DNA from: a virus | Taxonomy: Duplodnaviria; Heunggongvirae; Uroviricota; Caudoviricetes | DNA length: 64,000 nt | Direction: 5' to 3' (one strand) | Virus record (IMG/VR): IMGVR_UViG_3300048090_000069 | Location: 25,652 to 89,651 of that record | Shown here: positions 10,377 through 20,368 of the stretch, piece after piece | How the letters are laid out: each line of letters begins with the position of its first letter | Numbering within the stretch: position 1 is the stretch's first letter | Notes under the pieces: model-generated | Database searches by the model: none | Told to the model about the DNA's origin: nothing | What the model saw: the letters and a program-made list of their open reading frames with translations, nothing else | Made by a program: the position numbers and the translations under genes

Positions 10377-10790
10377 ATGATTAACAGTAGAAACGTCAAC
10401 GACCTAACAGGTGACATGCAACATCGCTGCCAGAAGTTTATTGCCATGTGCAAGGATGCTGGAATTGATGTTATTGTGACATCCACATATCGTGACCTTG
10501 AATCACAAAATGCCTTGTACGCACAAGGTAGAACAACTCCGGGCAGGATTGTCACCAATGCAAAAGCTGGATATTCTGCGCACAACTTCCGTAGAGCGTT
10601 TGACATCTGCATCGTGGTAAATGGCAAGGCTGTGTGGGATGACCTTGACCTTTATAAGCAATGTGGAGAAATTGGAGAGAAGTGTGGATTAGATTGGGCC
10701 GGTTCTTGGAAATCCTTTAAAGAGTATGTACATTTCCAAGAAAAAGACCTTGACATGGGTGCTTTGCGGAAAGAATACGGAGTGAAATAA
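10377..10790 (+). CDS. endolysin, peptidase M15 (VanY/L-alanyl-D-glutamate peptidase type)
   Basis: Motifs STYRDLESQNALYAQGRT and DLDWAGSW...H are characteristic of M15 zinc peptidases used as phage endolysins. Confidence 0.8.
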   Translation: MINSRNVNDLTGDMQHRCQKFIAMCKDAGIDVIVTSTYRDLESQNALYAQGRTTPGRIVTNAKAGYSAHNFRRAFDICIVVNGKAVWDDLDLYKQCGEIGEKCGLDWAGSWKSFKEYVHFQEKDLDMGALRKEYGVK

Positions 10791-11278
10791 TGTTCGCCAA
10801 ACTTAAGTTGTTCTTTCAACTCTTTCAATTCGGGAAAGAAGTTGGAAACAAACTATTCTGGAAGCAAGCACAATCAACAGTCTTACCTGCTGTTGTGGGT
10901 GGTATTGTGGTTGTACTTAATCTTCTCAAATCCTTCGGTATCGAGGTTGGGCTTGATGAAACTACTATTTATTATATTGCTGGTAGCCTTTACATGCTCA
11001 TCAACTCTTGCCTCACCTTCATTACGTCGAAACATGCCGGTATTGGAGGAATGCAACCGGGAGCCGTGGGAGAAGCCCAACAGGCTATGCCAAGCAATCC
11101 TACGCCAGCAGGAGGCGTTGAAGCAAGTACGACAGTGCAATCTGAGCATCAAGCCACAAGTACCAGTCGATTTGACGACGAGACTGTTAGGCGAGCTAGA
11201 GAATGGGCTGAACGACAAGGGATCGATGGGAAACCTGTTCCAGAGGGGCAGAATAATCCTTTCAACACAATGGGCTGA
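10790..11278 (+). CDS. holin-like membrane protein
   Basis: Two predicted TM helices with a hydrophilic C-terminus. ATGA overlap with the endolysin. Last gene of the plus-strand module. Confidence 0.45.
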   Translation: MFAKLKLFFQLFQFGKEVGNKLFWKQAQSTVLPAVVGGIVVVLNLLKSFGIEVGLDETTIYYIAGSLYMLINSCLTFITSKHAGIGGMQPGAVGEAQQAMPSNPTPAGGVEASTTVQSEHQATSTSRFDDETVRRAREWAERQGIDGKPVPEGQNNPFNTMG

Positions 11279-11321
11279 AGAAGCCTTCCGTGACGGAAAG
11301 ATTATTTTAACATACTCTTGC

Positions 11322-11359
11322 AGAAATTAAAAGGAGGAAGCTCCCTTGCGGAAACCTCC
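11322..11359 (-). terminator. terminator at convergence of late (+) and replication (-) modules
   Basis: GGAGG...CCTCC hairpin. On the minus strand it is followed by TTTTAATTT. Confidence 0.45.
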
Positions 11360-11440
11360 CCCATGTGCTACTTTGATACTTCAAGTATAATGTGTGTTGT
11401 ACTTTTTAGGCTTACTACAGAAATGTGGTAAGCTTTCTTT

Positions 11441-11713
11441 TTATGCAGCTTGCTTCAAAGCCTTGACAAACTTGCCAGTGGAGTTTAGGAAAGATACTAC
11501 AGCGTCAACAGTGGCAGAGATGTTATTATACAAGGTATCGTAAGATACGGCAGGTTCAGAAGCGTTATAAATCGTTTTAATCAGGGACAAAGCCAGTTCC
11601 TTTTTATAGGAGCCGTTGCCGCCCTCTTTGTTCATTTCTTCAACAGAAACCAGAACATCGGTGATGACAGGCAGCAGAGTAATGAGAGTTTTTGCGACGG
11701 TGAAGATAGACAC
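11441..11713 (-). CDS. hypothetical protein
   Basis: ORF with plausible spacing. Last gene of the minus-strand module. Confidence 0.4.
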   Translation of the reverse strand: MSIFTVAKTLITLLPVITDVLVSVEEMNKEGGNGSYKKELALSLIKTIYNASEPAVSYDTLYNNISATVDAVVSFLNSTGKFVKALKQAA

Positions 11714-11735
11714 GATTTTATTCCTTCTTAGTTAG

Positions 11736-12119
11736 TTACGCATTTTGATCAATTAGTTTTTCAAACGCTTGGAAGCGTTCAGCCTTCTTGACAGTCTTCT
11801 CTACAGCTTCTTGCTTTGCACGAGCGAAGAAGTATTCTTTTAACTCTTGGGCTTTGAATCCAGAGGCTCTTGAAGCTGATTTGATAGCCTGCTTCAGTTC
11901 CACACTGACTTCTTTCATCTCACTTACAAGTTGGTTGTAATCATCGTTGTCAGCAAGAATTTCGTCAAGTTTTTTCTGCAAGCATTTGACGTTTTCCTGC
12001 AACGTTGTCACATTTTCATCGGAGTCTTTACAATCTTTGATAAGTTCTTTCTTCTTTTGCAGCGCACGCACCAGCGGCATCACTTCACGGCTATATTCAA
12101 TCAGATTAGTTTCGTTCAT
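11736..12119 (-). CDS. hypothetical coiled-coil protein
   Basis: 127-aa charged, coiled-coil-like ORF. Confidence 0.45.
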   Translation of the reverse strand: MNETNLIEYSREVMPLVRALQKKKELIKDCKDSDENVTTLQENVKCLQKKLDEILADNDDYNQLVSEMKEVSVELKQAIKSASRASGFKAQELKEYFFARAKQEAVEKTVKKAERFQAFEKLIDQNA

Positions 12120-12283
12120 TTGCTCTCCATATAATTTACCAGAATATCTACAACACGTACAGCATCTACCTCAGGAATCAGATTAGAGAAATCTTCTTCG
12201 TAATCCTGCGGATTGTCGAGAAATTCTTGATAGTATTTCGTCATTGCTTCTACTAGTTGTTCTTTGTTATACATAACTTCTCC

Positions 12284-12469
12284 TCAGTTAAAAATTACAC
12301 GAGACTCATATTTACCTTGTTCATTATTACCAGATGCCCAAACCTTGCCACGGCTGACATAGGCAACAAGGTCAAATTCTGCTGAAATGAAACGTGCTGC
12401 TTTTTCTTTATCGTGGCTCACACGAAAGATGTTGATAGCTCGTTGTGCTGCTTGTTCAAATTGATTCAT
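12284..12469 (-). CDS. hypothetical protein
   Basis: 61-aa ORF in an operon context. Confidence 0.35.
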   Translation of the reverse strand: MNQFEQAAQRAINIFRVSHDKEKAARFISAEFDLVAYVSRGKVWASGNNEQGKYESRVIFN

Positions 12470-12539
12470 ACATTCTCTCCTGTTTGTTTGTTGACAGACT
12501 CCATTGTAGAGATGTTCATGTTACCTGTCAAGCTTTTTC

Positions 12540-13127
12540 TCAATCTTCGATGAAACGATGTTTCAAAGTAGTTCGGTTCTTCTTTTTACGCCGTTCACGT
12601 TGATAAGGTTCTTGTTCATGATATTCATGTGCAAGTTTTCTTGTTCCGTTTCGTTTGTATTGGTTGCCGCGAATATTGTCTAGGACAACTTTCATCGCTG
12701 TTAGTTCGTCTTCAATACGTTCAATCTCTGACTGATCTTGAAACAATTCTCCCACCTCTTCATCTTCCAATGATTGTTCACTTCCATAACCGTTTTGAAT
12801 ATTCATCATCGCTGCAAGCTCCCTTGCTAGAGAGACATCTTTCTTGCCAGCAGCAATCATCCTGTCTTCTGCTGTACACCAAGGGGACAATCTAAATTGT
12901 CTGTCAGTCCTTACTTCCCCAATTATGACAAACCCTACTACAGACTTCTTTGTTAGTGTTCTGTGATAGGACACATCGTACTCTAACGGCCTGTCAATGT
13001 CAAGGCCCATTGTCCAAAGAAATTCATTTACAACAGCATCGTTGTCAGGGTTTATCAAGTCAAACAAAGAGAAGTGAGCAAGCTCGGGAATAAGTTTCAA
13101 ATCATGAGTGCTCACTACTTTCATCAA
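12540..13127 (-). CDS. hypothetical protein
   Basis: 195-aa ORF. Its start overlaps the upstream gene stop. Confidence 0.5.
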   Translation of the reverse strand: MMKVVSTHDLKLIPELAHFSLFDLINPDNDAVVNEFLWTMGLDIDRPLEYDVSYHRTLTKKSVVGFVIIGEVRTDRQFRLSPWCTAEDRMIAAGKKDVSLARELAAMMNIQNGYGSEQSLEDEEVGELFQDQSEIERIEDELTAMKVVLDNIRGNQYKRNGTRKLAHEYHEQEPYQRERRKKKNRTTLKHRFIED

Positions 13128-13339
13128 TTCTCCTGTCCGTATTTAGTAAAGTATGCAAAATAACTTATATACTCTTGTTCGTTTTTTACTTGCTTGTGTA
13201 ACTCAAAAATAGGTTCTCCATCTGGAGTTTTAAACACTGTGCGAATCTCTGTCATAAATCCTGTGAGATTGCCTTCATTCTCTTCTACAAGCTTTGCTGC
13301 TAGTTTCTCGTTGATTGGTACTTTAACTTTATTGTCCAT
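13124..13339 (-). CDS. hypothetical protein downstream of nrdB
   Basis: 71-aa ORF. It has no CxxC, so it is not an obvious glutaredoxin. Confidence 0.4.
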   Translation of the reverse strand: MDNKVKVPINEKLAAKLVEENEGNLTGFMTEIRTVFKTPDGEPIFELHKQVKNEQEYISYFAYFTKYGQEN

Positions 13340-13351
13340 ACTACTGTCTCC

Positions 13352-14308
13352 TTAGTAAACCCATTCACCTTGTAGAGAATCTTTACTGTAAGCTGTAATG
13401 GTAGTCTCAAAGAAGTTACCAAGAATACCATCCCCTGTTATTTCCTCAACAAACGGAAGAGGATTTTTCTGAATGCCGAATTGTGCCTTGAAGCCCATTT
13501 GTTGCATACGGTAATCACACACAAGACGAATATAGTCTTTTAAATCTTGTTTGTCAAGCAGTTTTGGTTGATGTACAGAGTAACACAAATCAATGAAATC
13601 ATCTTCCAACTTCACAACCTCCCGTGCTGTTTCATAAATGTTGCGCTTAAGTTCTTCTGTAACAACTGAAGGATTCTCTTCAACAAAAATTTTAAACAGT
13701 TCAGACAAACCTTCTACATGATAAGATTCTTCAATAATGCTCCATTGATTGACACTCACCATCCCCGGAAGTTTATTCACACGAGAGTAGTCAAGCAGCA
13801 TAGCGAAGGATGCAAACAGATTAACACCTTCCATCAGAATTTGTTTGGCTAGGTATTCAGCCTTCCCTTTATTAGAGCGAAGGTCTGTAGCTTCAACCAT
13901 AAAATCATGCTTATCCTTCATCTCTTTATACTGTAAGAATTCAGACATAAATTCTTCACTGTCATACCCGAGAGTGTCATTCAGACGTTTGTATCCAAGC
14001 ATGTGTGTTGTTTCACGACAGGCAAACGACAGCAGCATAATCCTAGCGTCAGCGTTCTTGAATACAGGGAGAAGTTTCTCAACATATCCTGCACAAACAT
14101 CTGTATCAGCTTGTGTGAATAGGCGGAGAATCATCTTTGTGTAAGCCTTCTCTCCTTCTGAAATTGTGCCATCCTTCCACTGCACAACGTCTACAGACAT
14201 ATCAGCTTCTTCAGGATACCAGTGCGCACGTTCATGCTTGGCGTAAATCTCTTGCAGTTTATGATAACGTGGTACGAAGATTTCGGTAGTTTCTGTAATT
14301 TTACTCAT
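13352..14308 (-). CDS. nrdB: ribonucleotide reductase class I beta subunit
   Basis: 318 aa with di-iron/tyrosyl-radical motifs (E...H, RETTHM-like) typical of NrdB/R2. Confidence 0.85.
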   Translation of the reverse strand: MSKITETTEIFVPRYHKLQEIYAKHERAHWYPEEADMSVDVVQWKDGTISEGEKAYTKMILRLFTQADTDVCAGYVEKLLPVFKNADARIMLLSFACRETTHMLGYKRLNDTLGYDSEEFMSEFLQYKEMKDKHDFMVEATDLRSNKGKAEYLAKQILMEGVNLFASFAMLLDYSRVNKLPGMVSVNQWSIIEESYHVEGLSELFKIFVEENPSVVTEELKRNIYETAREVVKLEDDFIDLCYSVHQPKLLDKQDLKDYIRLVCDYRMQQMGFKAQFGIQKNPLPFVEEITGDGILGNFFETTITAYSKDSLQGEWVY

Positions 14309-14311
14309 TGT

Positions 14312-16180
14312 TTATCCTTGACACGAAACACAAACATCTTCACCAGACCAATCAACTAATGCACGACGTTCAATAGCTTTGGCATTATCGGACACGCCCT
14401 CTCGCTCCCCTCTATAATAATACATTGTCGTCACGTTCTCACTCTTCAGGAATTTCAAGTGGACAGAATTAACATATTGCCTACTGCTACCAAATGGGAA
14501 ATACACATTCAAACTTTGACTTTGGAATCCTGCACCAAGAGCACTTGCACGAGCATCAGCTTGTTCGATTACCCAATGCATATCTAATTCCATTGCTGTA
14601 GCAAACACTTTACGTTCATGCTCAGACAGGAAAGTCAAATCAGCAACACTACCATCTTTAGAGAGAATGTAATCCCACGTTGCATCATCATCTTGTCCGT
14701 AGCTCTGTAGCACCCTTTGTAGATGACGATTCTTTACACGGAAGTTACCAGCACGAGTAGACTTCAGGAACACATTACGGAAGTATGGCTCAATGCAAGG
14801 AGAAGTGTCTAGCAGGTCAGCACTGTTTGCATTTGGTGCAATAGCTGTTACACGGCTATTACGAAGTCCTGTACCTTTCATATCTTCTGGCTCACCACGT
14901 TCAATTGCTAGTTCTCTGCTAGAGGCTTCAGCGCGCTTTGCAATCATACCATAAATCTGATGTGTATGTTGAATAGCACTGTTGAATCCACCACCCTCAA
15001 ACGGAATACCTTTACTCTGCAAATAACCATGCCAACCTAGAGTGCCAAGCCCAATAGCACGCTCTCGTTCAGCAGAATATTTAGCTTTCCTGAGATTATC
15101 TGGTGCTGTGTCAATAAAGCTCTGAAGAACATTGTCCAAGAAACGAATCAAATCTTCAACAATCCTCGTATCTTTCCACTCTTCATATTTCTCAATATTC
15201 AAACTAGACAGGCAGCAGACGAAGGTACGTTCTTCATTTGTGGGCAGAGTAATTTCAGAACACAGATTACTACCTTTAATCTCTAATCCTAAATCCTTTT
15301 GGGATTGTGGCATCAGACGATTAGCCAAGTCAATCTTCATCAAATATGGCTCACCTGTCAGAGCACGAGTTTCAAGAATCTCTTCCCACACTTTACGTGC
15401 TGCCAGTGTCTCCCTAATTTCGCCAGTGTGAGGGCATTTCAAATCATACCATGTATCTTTCAAAACAGCTTCAATAAACTTGTCTGTCAGATTTACAGCA
15501 TTGTGAAACTGTTGCCGATTATCACTCCTACGCTTACTGTCACCACCGGGCTTACGGAAACGAATATGCTCAATAATATCTGGATGATCTACACGTTGAT
15601 AAGCAGCGATTGCACCTTTTCGTGTCTTACCTTGACGATAATATCCAATTGCACTGTCCATCACTTTCATATAAGGAATCGGGCCGGGGGCTTTACCCCC
15701 TACAGCACGAATACTCATATGAGCACCTGTACCACCTCCAGCAAGAGACAAATCAGCAAGCTCTTGCATCACTTCCACTTGACCTTTAGTTGTGTCTGGA
15801 ACATCAAAGGCGAAGCAAGAGATAGGTTGACCGTTATATTTCTCTGTAGGGAAGAATGTGTGTAGTTTGTTCCATTCAATACCTTTTGACCAATTCTTCC
15901 ATTCACCTTTTTGCGCATTACTGAGAACAGGACTAGCATACATGAACCATCCATTGTGTACATAATCATAAATACGTTGTGCTAGTTCATAGTCTCCGTA
16001 GCAATAAGCAACAGCAGGTCGTGCCAGTGCTTCAGAGATTGTTTCATCATCACGCTTGTAGAATCCGTCTAACAGTGTTCGGGAAAACTCAGTGATATAA
16101 GCAGGGTCTTCTTTATTAATTTCAATTTCAAGATACTTTTCTTTTGTCATTTCCACCCTTTGTTCATTTGAAGAAAGCAT
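14312..16180 (-). CDS. nrdA: ribonucleotide reductase class I alpha subunit (short form, no ATP-cone)
   Basis: 622 aa with conserved RNR large-subunit segments (GLGTLGWHG, SNLCSEI, NRHL). It sits directly upstream of nrdB. Confidence 0.85.
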   Translation of the reverse strand: MLSSNEQRVEMTKEKYLEIEINKEDPAYITEFSRTLLDGFYKRDDETISEALARPAVAYCYGDYELAQRIYDYVHNGWFMYASPVLSNAQKGEWKNWSKGIEWNKLHTFFPTEKYNGQPISCFAFDVPDTTKGQVEVMQELADLSLAGGGTGAHMSIRAVGGKAPGPIPYMKVMDSAIGYYRQGKTRKGAIAAYQRVDHPDIIEHIRFRKPGGDSKRRSDNRQQFHNAVNLTDKFIEAVLKDTWYDLKCPHTGEIRETLAARKVWEEILETRALTGEPYLMKIDLANRLMPQSQKDLGLEIKGSNLCSEITLPTNEERTFVCCLSSLNIEKYEEWKDTRIVEDLIRFLDNVLQSFIDTAPDNLRKAKYSAERERAIGLGTLGWHGYLQSKGIPFEGGGFNSAIQHTHQIYGMIAKRAEASSRELAIERGEPEDMKGTGLRNSRVTAIAPNANSADLLDTSPCIEPYFRNVFLKSTRAGNFRVKNRHLQRVLQSYGQDDDATWDYILSKDGSVADLTFLSEHERKVFATAMELDMHWVIEQADARASALGAGFQSQSLNVYFPFGSSRQYVNSVHLKFLKSENVTTMYYYRGEREGVSDNAKAIERRALVDWSGEDVCVSCQG

Positions 16181-16335
16181 CCATTATACCATTTCACCCC
16201 TACGTCTGTCAATTTCATTGTAAACTTCTTCGCAAGTCTTTTCACAATCTCTTAACTTCTCTTCCAAAGAAGTAGCTTCCTGTTCCCAATGATTTAGAAT
16301 TACTAAAAGTTCTTCAGTTGTGTACTGCGAAAAGT

Positions 16336-16821
16336 TCATTTAAAGAACTCCCTAGGAGCACAATCATTAATTTCTACAGAAACAAATCCATGAGGCTTCC
16401 TAATCTTCCCGTTCTCATCTCGCCACACAAGAACTTCATGTTCCTTATTGTGTGTTAGTGTCCACTCACTATTCCATTCAACAGGAACGGGGATTGTTGG
16501 ATTGACAGCACTAGGGTATTTAGAAAGATTATTATCAGTGATACGTTTCATCGCTGTGGCTACATCATATCCAGAAGCATCTAGTTTCAGCAGCAATCCA
16601 CTGACAACAACAAACATATCGATTGCACCATCAAGAATACCTACAGGATTCTCTAGGTCATATTCATCTACAGTTTCGAGATATTCTTCCTGAATAAGAT
16701 CAAGCTGAAGTGCAATTGAGTCTTTTGTTACGTTTTCTAGTTGTCCTGCAATATCGTTAAATTTTCGAATTGCTGTGTAAGCTTTGCCTAATTGTTTTTG
16801 ATTCATTCTTTCCCTTTCCAT
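16336..16821 (-). CDS. MazG-like nucleoside triphosphate pyrophosphohydrolase
   Basis: All-alpha protein of the right size carrying an EEYLE acidic motif. Phage MazG-like proteins are common. Confidence 0.5.
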   Translation of the reverse strand: MERERMNQKQLGKAYTAIRKFNDIAGQLENVTKDSIALQLDLIQEEYLETVDEYDLENPVGILDGAIDMFVVVSGLLLKLDASGYDVATAMKRITDNNLSKYPSAVNPTIPVPVEWNSEWTLTHNKEHEVLVWRDENGKIRKPHGFVSVEINDCAPREFFK

Positions 16822-17249
16822 CGTTGTAGGATTCCTGCCAAGTTAGTGTTGACAAGAATTTTATCAGTAAGTTTGCAAGCTGAATTCAGTTCATTCATTT
16901 CAGAATAAATATCTGAATAACTGTGCGCAACCCAATGACTTAGTGGGATGTAGAACATATTACCTTTAGCACCCTCTTTGTCCATTATTTCTTCTGCAAC
17001 ATTGTCATCTACAAGCTCTGGCTTTTTCTTACTAAAGAAACTAGTACGTTCATTATATTTCTTTTTGAACTTTTCTAACGCAGCTTGCCTATCCTGAATA
17101 CGCCACTGTTTAATACGAGCAAGGTATTTATCAGTTTCTTCCTCAACCCATTTACTGTCAAGTTCTACGAAGCCATTGATTTTCATTAGTCTGTAATCTC
17201 CACTTGATCTATCACAGTTCCATTGCCTCCAACACAGGTTTACCATCAA
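16803..17249 (-). CDS. hypothetical protein
   Basis: 148-aa ORF. Confidence 0.45.
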   Translation of the reverse strand: MMVNLCWRQWNCDRSSGDYRLMKINGFVELDSKWVEEETDKYLARIKQWRIQDRQAALEKFKKKYNERTSFFSKKKPELVDDNVAEEIMDKEGAKGNMFYIPLSHWVAHSYSDIYSEMNELNSACKLTDKILVNTNLAGILQRWKGKE

Positions 17250-18084
17250 TAATCAACCCACATCCAATAATCGGACGATGGACTGTGAGTTTATTATACG
17301 CCATAGACAAACTCTTATCATCAATTAAGCACCCCACTTGCATACTCCAATGAAGTTCCAAAGGACTACTCCAATATTGCACATTGAAAGAATTATGGTA
17401 ATGCCCCTGTACACAGTTCATACCCATTGACTGCGACAGCTTCAAACCATTGGCAGATTTACCGTGACAGAAATAAACCTTCTGTCCATTAGGAAGATCA
17501 ACGGTGAGGTCGGAATGCCATCGCCAGCCGTCACCTACGCCCAACACTTCATTATAATCCCGAATGACATGCAGAGGAATACCATGATGCTTTGCTTTCC
17601 TGTAATACAAGTCTCCATGATTACTACTCATGATATCCATTTTTGGAAACACTTCTTCCAGTTCCTTCATGAACTTGCGTGCAGCCTTTAGTTCATCACC
17701 CGGAGAAAGCAGGTCAGGATCATGTGTATGAAAAGAACTGGCATGAAGGTCTTGCTCATCCCCAACAGATACAATACGTGTAGGTTTGTACTTGTCCTTC
17801 AGCATCTTCAAGAAAGGGATCGTGTCGGCATGATGATAAGGTGCGTGGATGTCACTGATGACAAGAATACGTGAGTTGTCGTGTTCTTCTTTATCTTCTT
17901 CCACAACTTCCTGCTTAAAATTATCATACGCTCTCAAGAAATCTAGACAAGTGCTCCGTGCTACACCTAGAGTTTCCGCAATAGCTCTACGAGACATTGT
18001 ACCAGTTTCCAGAAGTGCCACTGCTTGAGATTGCCATTCTTTAAGTTCAACCAATCTGTTTCTCCTTATATTGTTGCACAGCAA
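17212..18084 (-). CDS. calcineurin-like metallophosphoesterase with N-terminal HTH
   Basis: N-terminal HTH-like segment (RRAIAETLGVARSTCLDFLR). This is followed by metallophosphatase motifs SDIHAP, VGDEQD and SNHGD. Confidence 0.7.
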   Translation of the reverse strand: MLCNNIRRNRLVELKEWQSQAVALLETGTMSRRAIAETLGVARSTCLDFLRAYDNFKQEVVEEDKEEHDNSRILVISDIHAPYHHADTIPFLKMLKDKYKPTRIVSVGDEQDLHASSFHTHDPDLLSPGDELKAARKFMKELEEVFPKMDIMSSNHGDLYYRKAKHHGIPLHVIRDYNEVLGVGDGWRWHSDLTVDLPNGQKVYFCHGKSANGLKLSQSMGMNCVQGHYHNSFNVQYWSSPLELHWSMQVGCLIDDKSLSMAYNKLTVHRPIIGCGLIIDGKPVLEAMEL

Positions 18085-18188
18085 TCAGCATGAGCTTGAT
18101 ATGGTTTTCAAGAGCATCTACAGAAGGAAATGTGTTACACTCGCACCCTGCATCTGACATCACTGTGTAGCCGCATTCCTCAAGATAA

Positions 18189-18482
18189 TCAACCTTCATT
18201 CTTCAATTCCTCTTCGTATTTAGCAATCATCCGTTCGTTGTGCTCAATTACTTGTTTGTGATATTGGATGGCTTGCTCTAGTTGAATTTGTTTCTCACTC
18301 TTTGGTGCAATTGGATGTCGCACCACTGTATTAATCCAATTCCTAGGGTTGTTGTCAATTGACCAAGAGTATAGATTGGAATGTTTATATGGCTCCCCTT
18401 GTGGTACTAGTACGTAAGCTCCCCGATATTCATAAACATCCCACCATCCTACATCTTTAACTCTAAATACAGGTTGCATCAT
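18189..18482 (-). CDS. hypothetical protein
   Basis: 97-aa ORF. Confidence 0.4.
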   Translation of the reverse strand: MMQPVFRVKDVGWWDVYEYRGAYVLVPQGEPYKHSNLYSWSIDNNPRNWINTVVRHPIAPKSEKQIQLEQAIQYHKQVIEHNERMIAKYEEELKNEG

Positions 18483-19012
18483 TTCTCCTTTAGAAATATC
18501 TCTCTCAATGCTTGTTTACGTTTCTCATCATTGCTTGCATTATTATACCCGTTTTCTTGTAGTAAAGCAAGAGTTTTCTTCTTGTCTTTCATTGTGTCAT
18601 TCACTTTAATCTGCAAGATAGCTTCCTCTCTGGAAATGTTCTTGGAAGATTGTAGAGTGTGAATCCTATGATCCCACTCACAGAGAACACGTAAGTTGTC
18701 AACTTCACAATAAAGACGTTCAGCAAAAGGGCCGATGTCCTCTACAGAGAGAATACTTCCAGCTTCTTCAGGGTAATGGTCAACAACCACTTCTTTCAAA
18801 GTAAATTGCTGCTTACATATTGCACATTGATATTGCCATTTCTGACGCTTGTTGGGGCCGCTGTAAGGCGTTCGTGCAAGCTGTAGGGCAGTGTTACGAG
18901 GTTCCCAACGGAGGCTTTTAGAGCGCAAGACTGAACGAATCCATGCAAGGTATTGAGATTCTGTTAATGTGCCATTGCAACGTGTAAGAGGAGCTTTATC
19001 CTTCTTACTCAT
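18479..19012 (-). CDS. HNH endonuclease
   Basis: CxxC...H...N...CxxDH arrangement (CAICKQQF...DHYP...LCEWDHRIH) is typical of HNH nucleases. Confidence 0.65.
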   Translation of the reverse strand: MSKKDKAPLTRCNGTLTESQYLAWIRSVLRSKSLRWEPRNTALQLARTPYSGPNKRQKWQYQCAICKQQFTLKEVVVDHYPEEAGSILSVEDIGPFAERLYCEVDNLRVLCEWDHRIHTLQSSKNISREEAILQIKVNDTMKDKKKTLALLQENGYNNASNDEKRKQALREIFLKEK

Positions 19013-19239
19013 TAATTACCTTTGTTGTGTCGGTCAGCATACCCTTGACGATAAGACTCTTTCATAGCAATACAAACAGCAGCCACAGCCCAAGAGTGAG
19101 GAATGAAATCTTGAATAGTCTCCCCTTGTGGAATATAATCGTGCTGCTCATCATCCTCTTCAGCACAGGAGCGGAGCACTGCCACGGCTGTTTCAATCAT
19201 GTGTTCTGGGAAAGACTCTCTCAGTGTTTTGTAGCTCAT
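19012..19239 (-). CDS. hypothetical protein
   Basis: 75-aa ORF. Confidence 0.4.
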   Translation of the reverse strand: MSYKTLRESFPEHMIETAVAVLRSCAEEDDEQHDYIPQGETIQDFIPHSWAVAAVCIAMKESYRQGYADRHNKGN

Positions 19240-20243
19240 TGTTTCACTCCATATTTATCAAGTTCTTCATCTAGATTAAATTTATAATCCTCACTAGTCA
19301 TCATCCGAGACATCACACAATTCTCATTCAGGACATATCTCCAATCAATCTCAAACGTATCTCCACGCCAGCCTGTAAACATCTTCGGCTCTGGGTAGAG
19401 CTTCTTATATCCTTTGATAACGGCTTCCCAAGCTTCTTTCTCGTTCTTACAATCAGCTAGGAGTTTGTAGGCTGATTTTTCGCCCCATTTGTTTTCAGGG
19501 CAGGCTGAATTGGCCCAATACTCGTCACTGTCATCTCCGTACAACACTTGGAACAACCACCAAATATATCCGTTCCCTTTGACAGCGTTCTTGTCATTGA
19601 TATATAATTTACCAAAGCCACTGATGTGTTGTGGCTCATTCATCTCACCATGAATATAATAATTGATATTGCAGCCGAAGAAATCTTTCTCAACACCAAC
19701 TAAAACTTTGGAGGGGTCTTCTGTACAATCTATCACACAGCGGTCATCGCACTCAATACCGCGAATGATTTTGGCACCGTGATAAGTAATCAGATATTTT
19801 TCAACTTCTTCCAAGTGGATCGGTTTAAGGGATTTTGACCTGGAACTTTTGTATTGAACTATTGTAGAGGCGTCTACTCGAAAGCTGTCCCCTTTACCAA
19901 TGTAGACTTGGTAGTCTTTTGCATCTAAATGTTCTACAATATTGTTAATATGATTTTTTACTGAAGATAGGACAAATTCTACAGGCTCTGCTTCTTGTTT
20001 GTCTACAAACTCAAACTCAGAAACGTCAAAAGGGTGTTTACCGCTCTGCATTCTAGATAAATTAGTTTCTGCCAGCCAACCACCTTCTTTTTTCTTCCAA
20101 TGCCCGTAGAAAGCAGTTCGGTTATCAAAGTTTTTAATTTTACCTGTCGGCGTGTGTATAACATTTACAGATCGTTTTTCTCCAGCAGAAGATATCATAT
20201 ATTTAATGTAATCTCCATCAATTACTAAGCTAGCGTTCTCCAA
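19236..20243 (-). CDS. 5'-3' exonuclease, T7 gp6-like
   Basis: Segmental similarity to T7 gene 6 exonuclease. Matching stretches are LVIDGDYIKYM (T7 ILVMDGDWLVFQ), ECDDRCVID (T7 EGDDVMGV), EKDFFGC (T7 DKDFKTIP) and a similar C-terminal region. Confidence 0.65.
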   Translation of the reverse strand: MENASLVIDGDYIKYMISSAGEKRSVNVIHTPTGKIKNFDNRTAFYGHWKKKEGGWLAETNLSRMQSGKHPFDVSEFEFVDKQEAEPVEFVLSSVKNHINNIVEHLDAKDYQVYIGKGDSFRVDASTIVQYKSSRSKSLKPIHLEEVEKYLITYHGAKIIRGIECDDRCVIDCTEDPSKVLVGVEKDFFGCNINYYIHGEMNEPQHISGFGKLYINDKNAVKGNGYIWWLFQVLYGDDSDEYWANSACPENKWGEKSAYKLLADCKNEKEAWEAVIKGYKKLYPEPKMFTGWRGDTFEIDWRYVLNENCVMSRMMTSEDYKFNLDEELDKYGVKQ

Positions 20244-20323
20244 TTTTTATCTCCCTACTTAAAACTTCAAGCTTGCCAAATGTTTGACCTATTAATTCTG
20301 AATTGTTTGGTTTCTTCATAATC

Positions 20324-20354
20324 AAAAAACCCCTGCCCATTTCTGAACAGGGGC
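20324..20354 (-). terminator. intrinsic terminator after SSB gene
   Basis: On the minus strand, a CCCCTG...CAGGGG hairpin followed by a T6 tract. Confidence 0.6.
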
Positions 20355-20368
20355 TGTGTTAAATTACA

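Noticed and set aside
10842-11330. 162-aa ORF in an alternative frame overlapping the holin-like gene
   Set aside because: The 10790..11278 frame begins at the ATGA overlap with the endolysin and encodes clean TM helices. The alternative frame is probably non-coding; an embedded spanin cannot be excluded.
15299-15865. 188-aa plus-strand ORF inside nrdA
   Set aside because: It is antisense to a well-supported RNR gene.
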